Below, piece by piece: positions 1-11,195 of a DNA stretch of 64,000 nt (position 1 is the first letter of the stretch; each line of letters starts with the position of its first letter). Origin of the DNA: Chiloscyllium plagiosum (taxonomy: Eukaryota); assembly GCF_004010195.1 (NCBI RefSeq), contig NW_025215375.1, positions 1 through 64,000 on the forward strand. The letters are read 5' to 3'. The notes below the pieces were generated by a model that was not told the origin of the DNA, did no database searches, and saw only the letters and a program-made list of their open reading frames with translations. The translations under genes were made by a program, and so were the position numbers.

Positions 1-409
1 ATTGGTGGACATCACCCCCAAAACCTCAAATACCTCAAAAAAGGAGCAGCCTGTTACAGCCAATTTTTATTCCCATCCTCAATCTTTGATTACCCAGAAT
101 CCTTCTGGTTTACTTTTCAATTTGTAGTTGTTAACAATGAGCAGTATAACCTGCACTGAATTGTAAATAGCTCTCTAAGGTTTCAGTGTAGTATGTTTCA
201 TAACAGATAAACTTCAATTTGTCTCAATAACGATGTAAGTTTCTTCACACTCAGTTCTGCTGCCAACTCTACTCCAGCCTGTAAAGGGTTGTCTTCAATT
301 GAAATTTAATTAGACCATGTTGAATGTAAATCCAGGATGAGTGCAAAACTATTGTCCATCACCTCTGACTCCATCGTCTCCCTTAATCTAATTCAGCAGG
401 TGCGTTGGA

Positions 410-3300
410 ACCCAAATTGGAGTTCGAGTATAAAGGAGGTTGAGAGTAGGGATATCTGTAATAAGGTTTCCGCGTCACAAGAAGGCACCAACAAGCAAAC
501 GTTTGTTTTGACGTGTGTCTATTTCAGCATCCAGAATAAGGTGGGTGAACTTGCAGCATGGGTCGGTGCCTGGGGTTTAGATTATGTGGCCATTTCGGAG
601 ACATGGGTAGAGCAGAGACATGAATATATGTTGCAGTTTTCACGATTTAGATGTTTCAGTAAGAACAGAGAAGATAGTAAAAGATGCGGATGGTGTGACA
701 CTGTTAGTCAAGGACAGTGTTAGGGCTGCACAAAAGAAATTTGAGGACTCGTCACCTTAGGTAGCATGGGATGAAGAAAGAAGCAGGGAGGGAGAGGTCA
801 CCCTGTTGGGCGTTATCGATAGGCTTCCAAATATTTCCAGAGATTTAGAGAAAAGGATAACAAATGTGATTCTCAGTAAGAGTGAGAATGACAGTATAGC
901 TGTTCTGGGGGACATAAACATCCCGAATATTGACTGGGAGACGATAGTTCAGGTACTTTAGATGGATCAGTTTTTGTCCATTGTGGACGTGGACAGGTCA
1001 ACAAGGGGCGAGACTACATTAGATTTGGTACTAGGTCATGAACTCAACCAGGAGTTACATTTGGAGGTATGTGAGCACGTTGGTGATCGTGACCACAATT
1101 CAGTTGTGTTTAATTTAGCAATGGAAAGGGCTAGGCACACACCGGAGGGCAAGAGCTACAGCGAGGGGAAAAGCAATTACGATGTAGTTAGACAAGATTT
1201 AAAATGTATAGGATGAGGAAGCAAAGTGCAGGTGATGGGCACAATTGAAATATGGAGCTTCAAGGAACGACTAATGCGTATACTTGATACGTATGCTCCT
1301 GTCACACAGTGAGGAAGTTGACGAGCACAGGAGCCATTGTTTACTATGGAAGTTCAATCACACGACAAGGGGAAGAAGAAGGCTTCTATTAGGATGAGAT
1401 GTGAAAGCTTAGTTAGGGTGAGTGAGAGTTGCAAAGATGGGCAGGAAATACCTAAAGAGGAAGCTAAGAGGAGCAAGGAGGGGATATGAGAAGATGTTGG
1501 TGGATAGGCTGAGATAAAAGCCTAAAACTTTCTATAGGTATATATAGGATAAAAGAATCTCTAGAGTGAGATTAGGGCCAATCAAGGATAGTAGTGGAGG
1601 TTGTGCATGGAGTTAGAGCAGATAAGGGGAAGCGTGAAATGAATATTTTTCATGAGTGTCCACTTTGGAAAAACACCATGTTATCGAGGAGAATACTGCG
1701 AAACAGGCCACTCGACGAGATGGGATTGAGGTTCACAAGAAAGAGGTGTTAGCAATTCTTAAAAGTTTGGGCTGGATGGGATTCATCCTAAGATTCTCTG
1801 GGAAGCTGGGGAGGAGATGACCAAGCCTTTGGCTTTCATCTTCATGTCGTCATTGTCTACGGGAGTAGTACCAGAAGACTGGAGGATAGCAAATGTTATT
1901 CCCTTGACCAAGAAGGAGAGTTGGGACAATCCTGGTAATTACCCACGACCGAAGTAAGGCTCACTGGTTTATAAAGTGTTGGAAAAGGTTATAACAGATT
2001 AGATTTAAAATCATCGAGAAATAAATAAGTTGATTAGGGATAGTCAACACAATGTTGTGAAGGGGAGGTTGTTCGTCACAAGACTTATTAAGTTCTTTGA
2101 GAAGGTGACCAATCAGGTGGATGAGGGTAAAGCAATTGATGTGGTATGTATCGATTTCATAAGGCATTTGATAAGGTTCCACATGGTAAGCTACTGCACA
2201 AAATATGGAGGCGTGGGATTAAGGACGATTTAATGTTTTGTTTAGAAATTGAGGAGCTGAAAGAAGACAGAGCGTGGTGGTTGATGGACAATGTTCATCC
2301 TGGAGCTCAGTTACTCGTGGTGTGCAGCAAAGATCTAGGTCGAATGCTGTTTGTCATTTTTATAAATGATTTGGATGTCATTTATAGCGGCATGCATTAG
2401 TAAATTTTCGGATGACACTAAGGGCAGTACAGTTTTGGTTAGACACGAAGACTGGTGTAGGTTACAAAGGGAAATAGATAATCTGTAGAGCTGGACAGAG
2501 ATAAGTGAAATGGAGTTTAATGAGGAAAAGTGTGACGTGATTCACTTTGGAAGGACGAAACAGACTAAAGTATTGGGCAAATTGTATTTTTCTTGGTAGG
2601 GTGGATGAGCAGACAGATCTCGATGTCCACGTACATAGATTTCTTAAAGTTGCCACCCATGTTGATAGGGCTGTCAAGAAGGCATATGGTATCTTAGCTT
2701 TTATTAGTGAAGAGTCGAGTTTCGAAACGATGAGGTCATGTTGTAGCTGGATAGAGTTCTGATGCTGCCACACTTGGGCTATCGCATGCAGTTTTGTTTT
2801 CCGCATTCTCGGAAGGATGTGGAAGCTTTGGAAAGAGTTTAGAGGAGATTTACAAAGATGTTGCCTGGTATGGAGGGAAAGTCCTACAGAAAAGGTTGAG
2901 GGACTTGAGGCTGATGTCGCTGGAGAGAAGAAGGTTGAGGGGTGATGTAATTGAGACATCTCAGCATATCAGAGGTTTAGATCAGGTGGACAGTGAGAGC
3001 CATGTTCCTCAGATGGTGAAGGCTCGTATGAGGGGACATAGCTTTAAATTGAGGGGTAATAGATATGGGACGGTTGTCAGTGGTAGTTTCTTTTCTAAGA
3101 AAGTAGTAATGTCGTGGAAAGCACTGCCTGCAATATTAGTAGACTAGCCATCTTTATGAGATTAAATGCTCATTGTATAGGCATATAAGCGGGAATGGAA
3201 TATTATGAAACCAATCTGAAGCCTATCTAACCTGTAAGGCAGCAGAACATCAAGGGCCTAATGCACTGTGATGTTTTGTGTTCTCTGTTCTATGTTTCTG
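410..3300 (+). mobile_element. CR1-clade LINE, near-complete ORF2 (APE endonuclease + RT) and 3' tail, decayed
   Basis: ORF pieces LTCVYFSIQNKVGEL...VAISETW, TRGETTLDLVL...DRDHNSV, FHKAFDKVPH, LFVIFINDLD, RRLRGDVIE; many stops and frameshifts; 3' tail tgttctctgttctatgtt near 3280-3298. Confidence 0.93.
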
Positions 3301-3687
3301 GTGGAGGCTGAATCAGACTGTTCACAACCATGGAGGAATATTTCAATCCACGGTGAGATTCTAACCACATACCCACCATCGTCACAAAGATCTTATACAT
3401 TTGAACCTCAGTAACGTCTCAGTTCGTCTGCTTATTCAGTCTTTTGTTCCCTCTAGACTTAACTCCACAAGCACACTCCCAGCTATCCTCCCACATGGCA
3501 CTTCCCTGTAATAATAGATCACCCAATAATCTGCTGCGTGTGAATGCTGTTCACCCTGTGCTCACTAATGCACACATTTCCGGGTGACACAGAACCAACA
3601 TTCTAACACTCCTTTAATTTGAAATTTTGACAGCACACCTCCCTCTCTTGATAATCCCCTCCAGAACCACAACCCTCTGAGATACAT

Positions 3688-3822
3688 CTGAAGAAGGGAC
3701 ACTGGATTTGAAATGATAATTCTGCTTTCAGTCCACTGATGCTGACAATCCTACTGAATCTCTCCAGCAATTCCTGTTTGTGTTTATGATTTCCAGCATC
3801 CATAGTTCTTTTGATTTTTACC
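3688..3822 (+). mobile_element. Penelope-like element terminal fragment with degenerate hammerhead core
   Basis: ctgaaga-agggac-actg-gattt-gaaatg followed by the gatgctg...ctccagca...ttccagcatc tail shared with other copies in the window. Confidence 0.6.
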
Positions 3823-4862
3823 TCCAAAATATTTGCTCAACCCTGAATTGCAACTCCTGTGGATTTCCAATTTTAACTCTCCCATTTTTGCACCTTTTGC
3901 ATGATTTTAGTTTCCAAAGCAATAAGATCTTTAATTTACTCCCTAAACCTCTCTATTTTTAGCATCTCTTTGTTTGTACAGGATACTCCTTAGAACTCTA
4001 CCTCTTTGACACAGATTCTGGACAGTTGTCCTAAAATCACCATGTGTGCTTGGTGCCAAATATTGTTATGATACAAAGTCGTCAGATATTGTTGCATTGT
4101 AACAAATACATGAAACATATGACTTGTTGTTCATTTGGACAAGTGTCACTAGTCGTTCATGGTAATTTGATAACTCCTTACCTAACAGCATTGCAGTTTC
4201 ACTTTCACCACGCAGACTGCAGTCGCTCAGGAAGATCAGTCGTCAATTTCTTCAGAGTTAAGTAAGGATTGACAATATTTACTGAGCTCTATGGAGAGTA
4301 ATCCATAGGTAATGTTTCAGGTTATGCTGGATTAATGAGAGAGAGTAAACATGGTGCTAAGCATTTTGGTTAATATAGGCACTAAGCAGAACAGTAAAGC
4401 GCTGTAATACGAACAATTCCTGACCGTGAAACATACTGTAGGAAAGTAAAGCTTCTAAATCTATAGCGTATGGTCAAAGTAATGCAGTAGAAACATCATA
4501 CAGACACAATTTGATAAAGTGACGAGAAGGATTAAACAGACAGGTACTCACAATATTAAAGATGGATGGAAGGCAGAAGTGAAACAGAGCTATGTATGAA
4601 ATGGATTCAGATCCACATTAAAGGAGATACACCAGCTTTACAGCAACAGAACCTCTCACAGGTAACAGGCACAGCACTAAAAACTCCAAATGACTGAAGA
4701 ATTATCACAAATGCTCAACAACGTCACTGTTGTCAACTTGAAATTCACTGCGGAGCCTGCAGCTGGATAGATATCAGAAGTACTGGACTTCGAGAAAAAT
4801 CTCACAATTGAAGAAATCCCCGGGAGCAGATGATGCCACTGTGCTACTGTCACTGGATGACG

Positions 4863-5717
4863 CATAGAGTCAAAGAGATGTACAGCATGGGAACAGACCC
4901 TTCGATACAAGATGTCCATGCCTACCAGACGTCCCAACCCAATCTAGTCCCTCCTAATCATTTACCCATCCAGATGCCTTTTAAATGTTGCAATCATTCT
5001 AGCCTCAACCGCTTCATCTGGCAGCTTATTCCATACACGTACCACGCACTGAGAGATAACGTTGTCCTTCTGGTCTATTTTCTATCGTTCCTCTTTCACC
5101 CTAAACCTATGCCCTCTAGTTCTGGACTCCCCCACCACAGGGAAGATACTTTGTCTCTTTATCTTATCCATGCCCCTCGTGATTTTATAAACCTCTATAA
5201 GGTCACCCCTCAGCCTCCGACACTCTAGGGAAAACAGTCCCAGCCTATTCACCCTCTCCCGATACCTCGAATCCTCCAACCCTGGCAACATCCTTGTAAA
5301 TTTTCTGAACACTTTCACGTTTCACAGCATCCTTCCAATAGGAAGGAGAACAGATTTGCACGCAATATTCCAAAACTGGCCAAACCAATGTCCTGTACAG
5401 CGACAGCTTGACCACTTAATCCCTGTACTCAATACTCTGACCATTAAAGGATAGCATTCCAAACGCTTTCTTTACTGTCCCATCTACCTGTGACACCACT
5501 TTCAAGGAGTTATGAAAAAGGTCTCTTTGTTCAGCAACACTTCCAAGGACCTTGCCGTTAAGTGTATAAATCCTGCTAAAATTTGCTTTCCCAAAATGCA
5601 GCAGCTCACATTTATCTCAATTAAACTCCATCTGCCACTTCTCAGCGCATTGGCCCAGATGGTCAAGATCGTGTTGTACTCTGAGTAAACTTCTTTACTC
5701 TTTACTACATCTCCAAC
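4863..5717 (-). mobile_element. CR1 LINE 3' fragment
   Basis: Minus-strand KFTRMLPGLE...CRRLRGDLIEVYKI...ESRTRGH; 3' UTR end at catagagtcaaagagatgtacagc. Confidence 0.92.
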
Positions 5718-5760
5718 ACATCACCCAGAGGAACAGAAAGCAGCTGGGATCTGGGCAAAT

Positions 5761-7882
5761 CAGAGACCACCCACACATTGGGAAGAAACGTAGGGTACCT
5801 GAGAGGGGGCATAACACCCACACATTGGGAAGGATGGCATGTTCTCTGAGAGGGGGCTTATCACCCATACATTATGAAGAATGGCAGGGTCCCTGAGAGA
5901 AGGACAGATCACCCACACATTGGGGAGGATGGCAGGGTCCCTGACAGGAGGCAGATCGCCCACACATTGGGATGGATGGCAGGGTCCCTGAGACGAGGTA
6001 GAACACCCACACATTCGGAAGGATGGCAGGGTCCCTGAGAAGAGACAGATAACCCACACATTGTGAAGGATGGCGGGGCCGTGAGAGGGGCAGATTAACC
6101 AGACATTGGGAAGAAGGGCAGGGTCACTGAGAGGAGGACAGATCACCCACACATTGGGAAGGATAGCAGGGTCACTGAGAGGGGTCAGATCACCCGCACA
6201 TTGGGAAGAATGGCAGGTTCCCTGAGATGCGGTCAGATTACCCGCATATTGGGAAGGATAGCAAGGTCTGTGACAGGGGGCAGATCACCTACACATTGGG
6301 AAGAATGGCAGGGTCCCTGAAAGGGGTCAGATCACCCGCACATTGGGAAGGATGGAAGGGTCCCTGAGAGGAGGCAGATCACCCACACATTTGGAAGCAT
6401 GTCAGTTTCCCTGAGAGGTGGCAAGTCGCTCAAAAATTGGCAAGGATGACAGTGTCCCTGAATGGAGGCAGATCACGCACACATTGGGAAGGATGACAGT
6501 GTCCCTGAGAAGAGACAGATAACCCACACATTCTGAAGGATGGCGGGGTCCGTGAGAGGGGGCAGATTACCCACACATTGTGAAGAATGGCAGGGTCCCT
6601 GAGAGGGGGCAGATTACCCGCACATTGCAAAGAATGGCGGGGTCCGTGACAGGGGGCAGATCACCCACACATTGGGAAGGATGGCAGGGTCCCTGAGAAG
6701 AGGAACGATCACCCACAAATTGGGAAAAATGGTAGGGTCCCAGAGAGAGAAAAGATTACCGGCACATTGGGAAGAATGGCAGGTTCCCTGATATGTGCGC
6801 AGATTAACCGGATATTGGGAAGGATGGCCGGGTCTGTGAGAGGAGGCAGATAACCCACACATTGGGAAGAATGGCAGGGTCCCTGAGAGGCAGCAGATCA
6901 ACAACACATTGGGAAGTATGGTCGGGCCCTTGAGAGGAGGCAGAACACCCACACATTGGAAAGGGTGGCAGGGTCCCTGAGAGGGGGCAGATCACCCACA
7001 CATTGGCAAAGAGTGACGGGGTCCGTGAGAGGGTTGCAGATCACCCACACATTGGGAAGGAAAGCAGGGTCCCTGAGACGTGGCAGATCACCCACACAGT
7101 GGGAAGGGTGGTAGGGTCCCTGAGAGTGGGACAGATTACCCACACATTGGGAAGAATGGCAGGGTCCCTGAAAAAGGGGCAGATCACCCACACATTGGGA
7201 AGGATGTCAGTGTCCCTGAGAGGAGGCAAATCACGCACACATTGGGAAGGATGACAGTGTCCCTGAGAGGGGGCAGATTACCATACATTGGGAAGGATGG
7301 CAGGGTCCCTGAGTGGAGATAGATCACTCACACATTGGGAAGGATGGCAGGGTCCCCGAGAGGGCGTAGATTACACACACATTGGGAAGAAGTGCAGGGT
7401 CCCTGAGAGTGGAGCAGATTACCCACACATTGTGAAGAATGGCAGGGCCCCTGAGAGTGGGGCAGATTACCCGCACATTGCAAAGAATGGCGTGGTCTGT
7501 GAGAGGGGGCAGATCACCCACACATTGGGAAGGATGGCAGGGTCCCTGAGAGGGGGCAGGTCACCCACACATTAGGAAGGATGGCAGGGTCCTTGTGAGG
7601 CACAGATCACCCATACATTGGGAAGGATGGCAGGGTCCTTGAGAGGGGACAGTTCACCCACGCATTGGGAAGGATGTCAGGGTCCATGAGAGGTGGAAAA
7701 TCACCCACACAGTCGGAGGGATGGCAGGGTCCCTGAGAGGAGGCAGATCAATCACATATTGAGAAGGATAGCTGTGTCCCTGAGAGGGGACAGATCACCC
7801 ACACATGGGAAAGGATGGCAGGGTCCCTGAGAGGGGGCAGATCACCCACACATCGGGAAGGATGGCAGGGTCCCAGAGAAGA
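5761..7882. repeat. 47-bp minisatellite, about 45 copies
   Basis: Consensus gggggcagatcacccacacattgggaaggatggcagggtccctgaga repeated head-to-tail; strongly G/purine-biased + strand. Confidence 0.97.
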
Positions 7883-8210
7883 GACAGACTGGTTCCTTTG
7901 CCAAAATGTTTTAAGTTGAGACACTCATAATGTGAGGGTTTCATTGAAGCTGAATGGTGATTTGACAGAGTGTCAAATTTACTGTTGCTTTAGGCAATGT
8001 AGATAAAAACAAAGTGTTCACATTAACTGAAACGAAATGGATCATGGGATGCAAATATAAGACTTTGGTTCAGATCGTCAGGGAGGATATTATGCAGAAA
8101 TTATATGCAGAGAGTGATAATTCAACACTTACTCATAGGTCAATCATATTCAGTTTCACATGAATCGATCAATCGTGTCAGATTTTGAATAGATCTTTGT
8201 TTGGGGTTTC
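7883..8210 (+). mobile_element. Old CR1 3' fragment contiguous with the last minisatellite unit
   Basis: gctgaatggtgatttgacagag...tgtagataaaaacaaagtgttcacatt resembles the CR1 RLRGDLIE...VD..LFP region. Confidence 0.55.
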
Positions 8211-8499
8211 CTTTCTGAGAATCCTCTGTAAGAATTCAGGCAGGTTTACTAAAGACAGTGTCAGTCCAGGTGAGAAATCAGACTGAGAAATAATTCACTT
8301 TGATCGATGTTTTTGTCTGTATATCCATCCTTGCAAACCTCGGTGAGAGATGCTTCCAGAATCCATCGCTATCAGTGCAGAGAGAAAAGAGTAATAAAAA
8401 GAGAGTAAGAAACTATCTCTAAACATGAATATTATTTCTCTCTCCCAAAAGCTGCCAGTCCTATTGGGTTCCTCCAGCACCCCCTCTATTATTTCCGAA

Positions 8500-8850
8500 A
8501 CTCACATTAGCTCTCCTCCTGGCCGAGGAAGACCAGATATATTCACAACAGAGATCATCACACATTGTTAAAGATGGACGGGTCCTGAGAGGTGATAAGC
8601 TTATTCATTTCCCAGAGAATTTCAGGACTGAATGATTTATGATACGATGGAGTAACTGGAGTTGAACGGTGATGTGACTGAACGTATGGGCTTATGATTG
8701 GTATAGAATAAGGTAGATGGAAACAAAATGTTCACATTAGCTGGGGGGAATGGATGATAAATGCAAAGTTGACGATTTGGCCAGATTGACAGGGAGAATT
8801 TGATGAAATGGTTTTATAGAAGAGATTCTGTACTGAATGCATCTTAATGA
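8500..8850 (+). mobile_element. Old CR1 3' fragment paralogous to 7883-8210, with one unexpanded minisatellite-like unit
   Basis: agatcatcacacattgttaaagatggacgggtcctgagagg (8552-8592), then gttgaacggtgatgtgactga...aaacaaaatgttcacattagctg matching 7949-8030. Confidence 0.55.
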
Positions 8851-8852
8851 CA

Positions 8853-8933
8853 GATAGTTGGACCGAGCCCCTGACGCGCTGTATTTAAGTTTCAGTTTCT
8901 GACAAACTGTGGGTTTGAATTATCCCAGTACCA
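8853..8933 (+). pseudogene. tRNA-Leu pseudogene (GGTAGCG-type body; anticodon now TAA, probably from TAG)
   Basis: gatagttggaccgagc...gcgctgtatttaagtttcagtttct...gtgggtttgaat...cca aligns colinearly with vertebrate tRNA-Leu(TAG/AAG). Confidence 0.65.
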
Positions 8934-9174
8934 GAGCCACAAGTGATGTACTTCAGATAGACGCATCGACGGGCCTGGGTAACTTCTAGTTTGTAATGGA
9001 TCCTATTCCTCTGGGTGTTTGCAGACCCCTCAAGCTCTCTGACACTCTCGGTGATGAAAGCAGGAAAATTGGTGACAGCCTCTGAAAACAGTGAGAACTC
9101 CAGATGTTCCACAGCCCTTCAGATCCCCCCTAACCTTCCTGTGTAAGGGGGATCGGTACGCCTGGTTGGTGTCA

Positions 9175-9246
9175 GTCTCTGTGGCTCAAATGGTCAGCAT
9201 CGGGCAGGAAGATAGGAGGCTGGCAGGTTGACATCATCCAGGTGTG
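9175..9246 (+). pseudogene. tRNA-Asn pseudogene
   Basis: gtctctgtggctcaaatggtcagc...aggctggcaggttga..catccagg versus GTCTCTGTGGCGCAATCGGTTAGC...AGGTTGGTGGTTCGAGCCCACCCAGG; anticodon arm eroded. Confidence 0.65.
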
Positions 9247-9558
9247 GAGCTTCGACCCCCTACCTCCATTTAAAACAGAAAATCCATGGCAGAGAGGAAG
9301 ACAGGGATAAACACCATTCTCTCCATACTTCCACTGCCAGCAGAAACCGGGCACTGCAGCTTCAATCAGCAGCTTCCTGCCCAGCCCCGGGACACAGCTG
9401 AAAGAAACTCTTTCCTCATGAACGACTCATTCCAGGGGAAAGTCTTTTTTTTTCCCAATGCGGTAATGGCTGCAGCTGATACTCCACATTATTCGGAACT
9501 TTGTAACCAAAGCCCTGTCCCCACCATTATAAGCTGGAAGATTTCGTGCTGAGAGCAG

Positions 9559-9800
9559 TGTTATGAAGTTGAAGGTGTGCACTATACCTTAAAAAGAGAG
9601 TGAATGCTGTTCAGAACTGAGAGCCGACAAATACCTGTGATGTCTCCTGCAAAACGTAAAAAGATGCAAGGTTTGGCTATGAAATGGACACCTGAGTTGG
9701 TTGCTGTATTCAAAACAATTCGAATTCAACCAATACGTTTAAATTATGCCTCAGAAAACTAAACTCCAATCGCGCTCGAATTTAGTGTTGTGAAACACTG
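9559..9800 (+). mobile_element. Probable LTR fragment (5' part)
   Basis: Starts tgttatgaag; contains aattcgaattcaaccaat..tttaaattatgcc, which I recall from shark LTR repeats; no internal ORFs. Confidence 0.4.
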
Positions 9801-10066
9801 CAAAAACGAAGGGCTTCCTTACCTTTGCCCCTACTGGTCATACTCCATGAAATATAGCCAGAACCTCAGTTGAGGAATTTTGCTGCTGGAAGTTACCTCA
9901 CAAACCATGTGACCGCGTACTGCATTGAGCGAATCGCAAAATGGACAGCACTTAACGTGGAACACAAGCAAAAATGACAAATCATACGCATTTTCAGATA
10001 TTCCGAATCACGAATGCTATTTGTGAGACAGTCCGAGGGCAATGAAGCACAAACTACCTCCACAAC

Positions 10067-10146
10067 TGGCAGTAGAGCAACTCCAAACTGCCCTTTCAAA
10101 CATACTGGAGCCTTACTGCACCGCCTCACTTCCCGGAAAGTGCTGA
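10067..10146 (-). pseudogene. tRNA-Leu(AAG) pseudogene
   Basis: + strand tggcag...actggagcctta..cac.cgcct matches the reverse complement of tRNA-Leu(AAG) (tggcagc...actggagccttaatccagcgcct). Confidence 0.55.
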
Positions 10147-10483
10147 AATGAGAGAAAAGGAAGAACAGAATATGAAGAGGCCACAAAAAGAGAAGATTAC
10201 CAATGACAGTGTCGGTTAGATTAGCTTTCCCTCCTGTCAACAATACGGGAGGGCCTGCAGCATATCAACAACCTACGTTTCCAGGACAGAACTGAAGGAA
10301 AATGAGAGAAATCCAAGACAATATGACTTTGCAATTAATTGGAATTATTTTCCCATTCGCCAGAACACCAAAGAAGGACGCTAGAGTCACTGCAGCATTT
10401 TGTTTCACAACAGCGATGAAATAACAATCTCCACTGGGTTACAATGAAAACAGTGAAAAACACAATTTGCCTTGAACATGGAG

Positions 10484-10585
10484 CAGCAGTGGAGCTGCTG
10501 GAGCACTGGACTTTTCATGTGGAAGGCGTGCTGGAGCACGGGACCTTTCATGTGGAAGGCGCAAGTGATCATTCCAGTATGGACA
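10484..10585 (-). pseudogene. tRNA-Val pseudogene with internal 33-bp tandem duplication
   Basis: gggacctttcatgtggaaggcgcaagtgat versus reverse-complement Val ggggacctttcgcgtgtNaggcgaacgtgat; unit tgctggagcac(t/g)ggac(t/c)tttcatgtggaaggcg present twice. Confidence 0.6.
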
Positions 10586-10701
10586 ATGACCCGATGGAGA
10601 GTATACACTCTCCCACATCAGAGGCAAGTTTCCAAGAAGCAAAACCAGCCGCTCGTGTTGGAATATAAATGCAGCAGCGTTTAGCACGCAGCACGAGCAT
10701 A

Positions 10702-10784
10702 AGGCTGCAGGGGACACGAACCTACGTCTCTGAGGAGGTGCGAACATTAATCCAGAGGCTTCACCACACTCCCGGCAAACTGCA
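10702..10784 (-). pseudogene. tRNA-Leu(AAG-type) pseudogene
   Basis: Minus strand ...aagcctctggattaatgttcgcacctcctcagagacgtaggttcgtgtcccctgcagcc versus AAGGCGCTGGATTAAGGCTCCAGTCTCTTCGGAGGCGTGGGTTCGAATCCCACCGCTGCC. Confidence 0.7.
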
Positions 10785-11058
10785 AGGCTATTCGCCAATA
10801 TTTGCGATCGTACTCTTGCTACAAAACAAAAGCAAAGTCATAGGGAAAGTGTTGCACGATCCCTGTTTTGCTCGCAGACCTGTTGGGATACACCCAGCTA
10901 CAATACCAGTTTCGTATCAGATAATGATAGCCCATAAATCCAGAAAAAAGTAAATGGGAAGCTGAGCCTTTCTTCTGAGACTCGTTTGAAACAAATGGAA
11001 TGTGTCTGTGAGAAATTACATTCGGTTATGATACGATAAATAAACCATGAGTTGCATG

Positions 11059-11133
11059 ACAGTACTGCAATTTAGATTCCTGCTTTGGCAACTGGTTTCG
11101 TCCATTGCTCAAGGGTACAACTATCGCGACTAC
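11059..11133 (-). pseudogene. tRNA-Ser pseudogene
   Basis: Minus strand gtagtcg...gcaatggac-gaaaccagttg...gcagg...tgc versus GTAGTCGTGG...GCGATGGACTAGAAATCCATTG...GCAGGTTCGAATCCTGC; deletions in the anticodon and variable arm. Confidence 0.55.
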
Positions 11134-11195
11134 ACGTAACATGAAACACACCGGACTACAGGGAAAATGTAGAAAGCTGAGCCGGAAGTGCAGCT

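Noticed and set aside
200..310. Minus-frame IEDNPLQAGVELAAEL, weakly LRR-like
   Set aside because: Flanked by stops, with no splice signals or second repeat.
5760..7575. Many overlapping ORFs in the 47-bp array; possible CRISPR or repeat protein
   Set aside because: Unit length is not a multiple of 3, units abut with no unique spacers, there are no cas genes and the context is eukaryotic.
8885..9112. Minus ORF ending in a cacagt heptamer, resembling an Ig/TCR V segment with an RSS
   Set aside because: Too short for a V domain, no first Cys or Trp, no nonamer at 12 or 23 spacing; the heptamer falls inside the + strand tRNA-Leu relic.
9122..9154. GATCCCCC...GGGGGATC hairpin
   Set aside because: An 8-bp low-complexity stem, expected by chance in 64 kb.
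10420..10953. Two abutting in-frame ORFs suggesting a pseudogene
   Set aside because: They overlap minus-strand tRNA-Val and tRNA-Leu relics, the upstream frame has random stop density, and no domain is recognisable.
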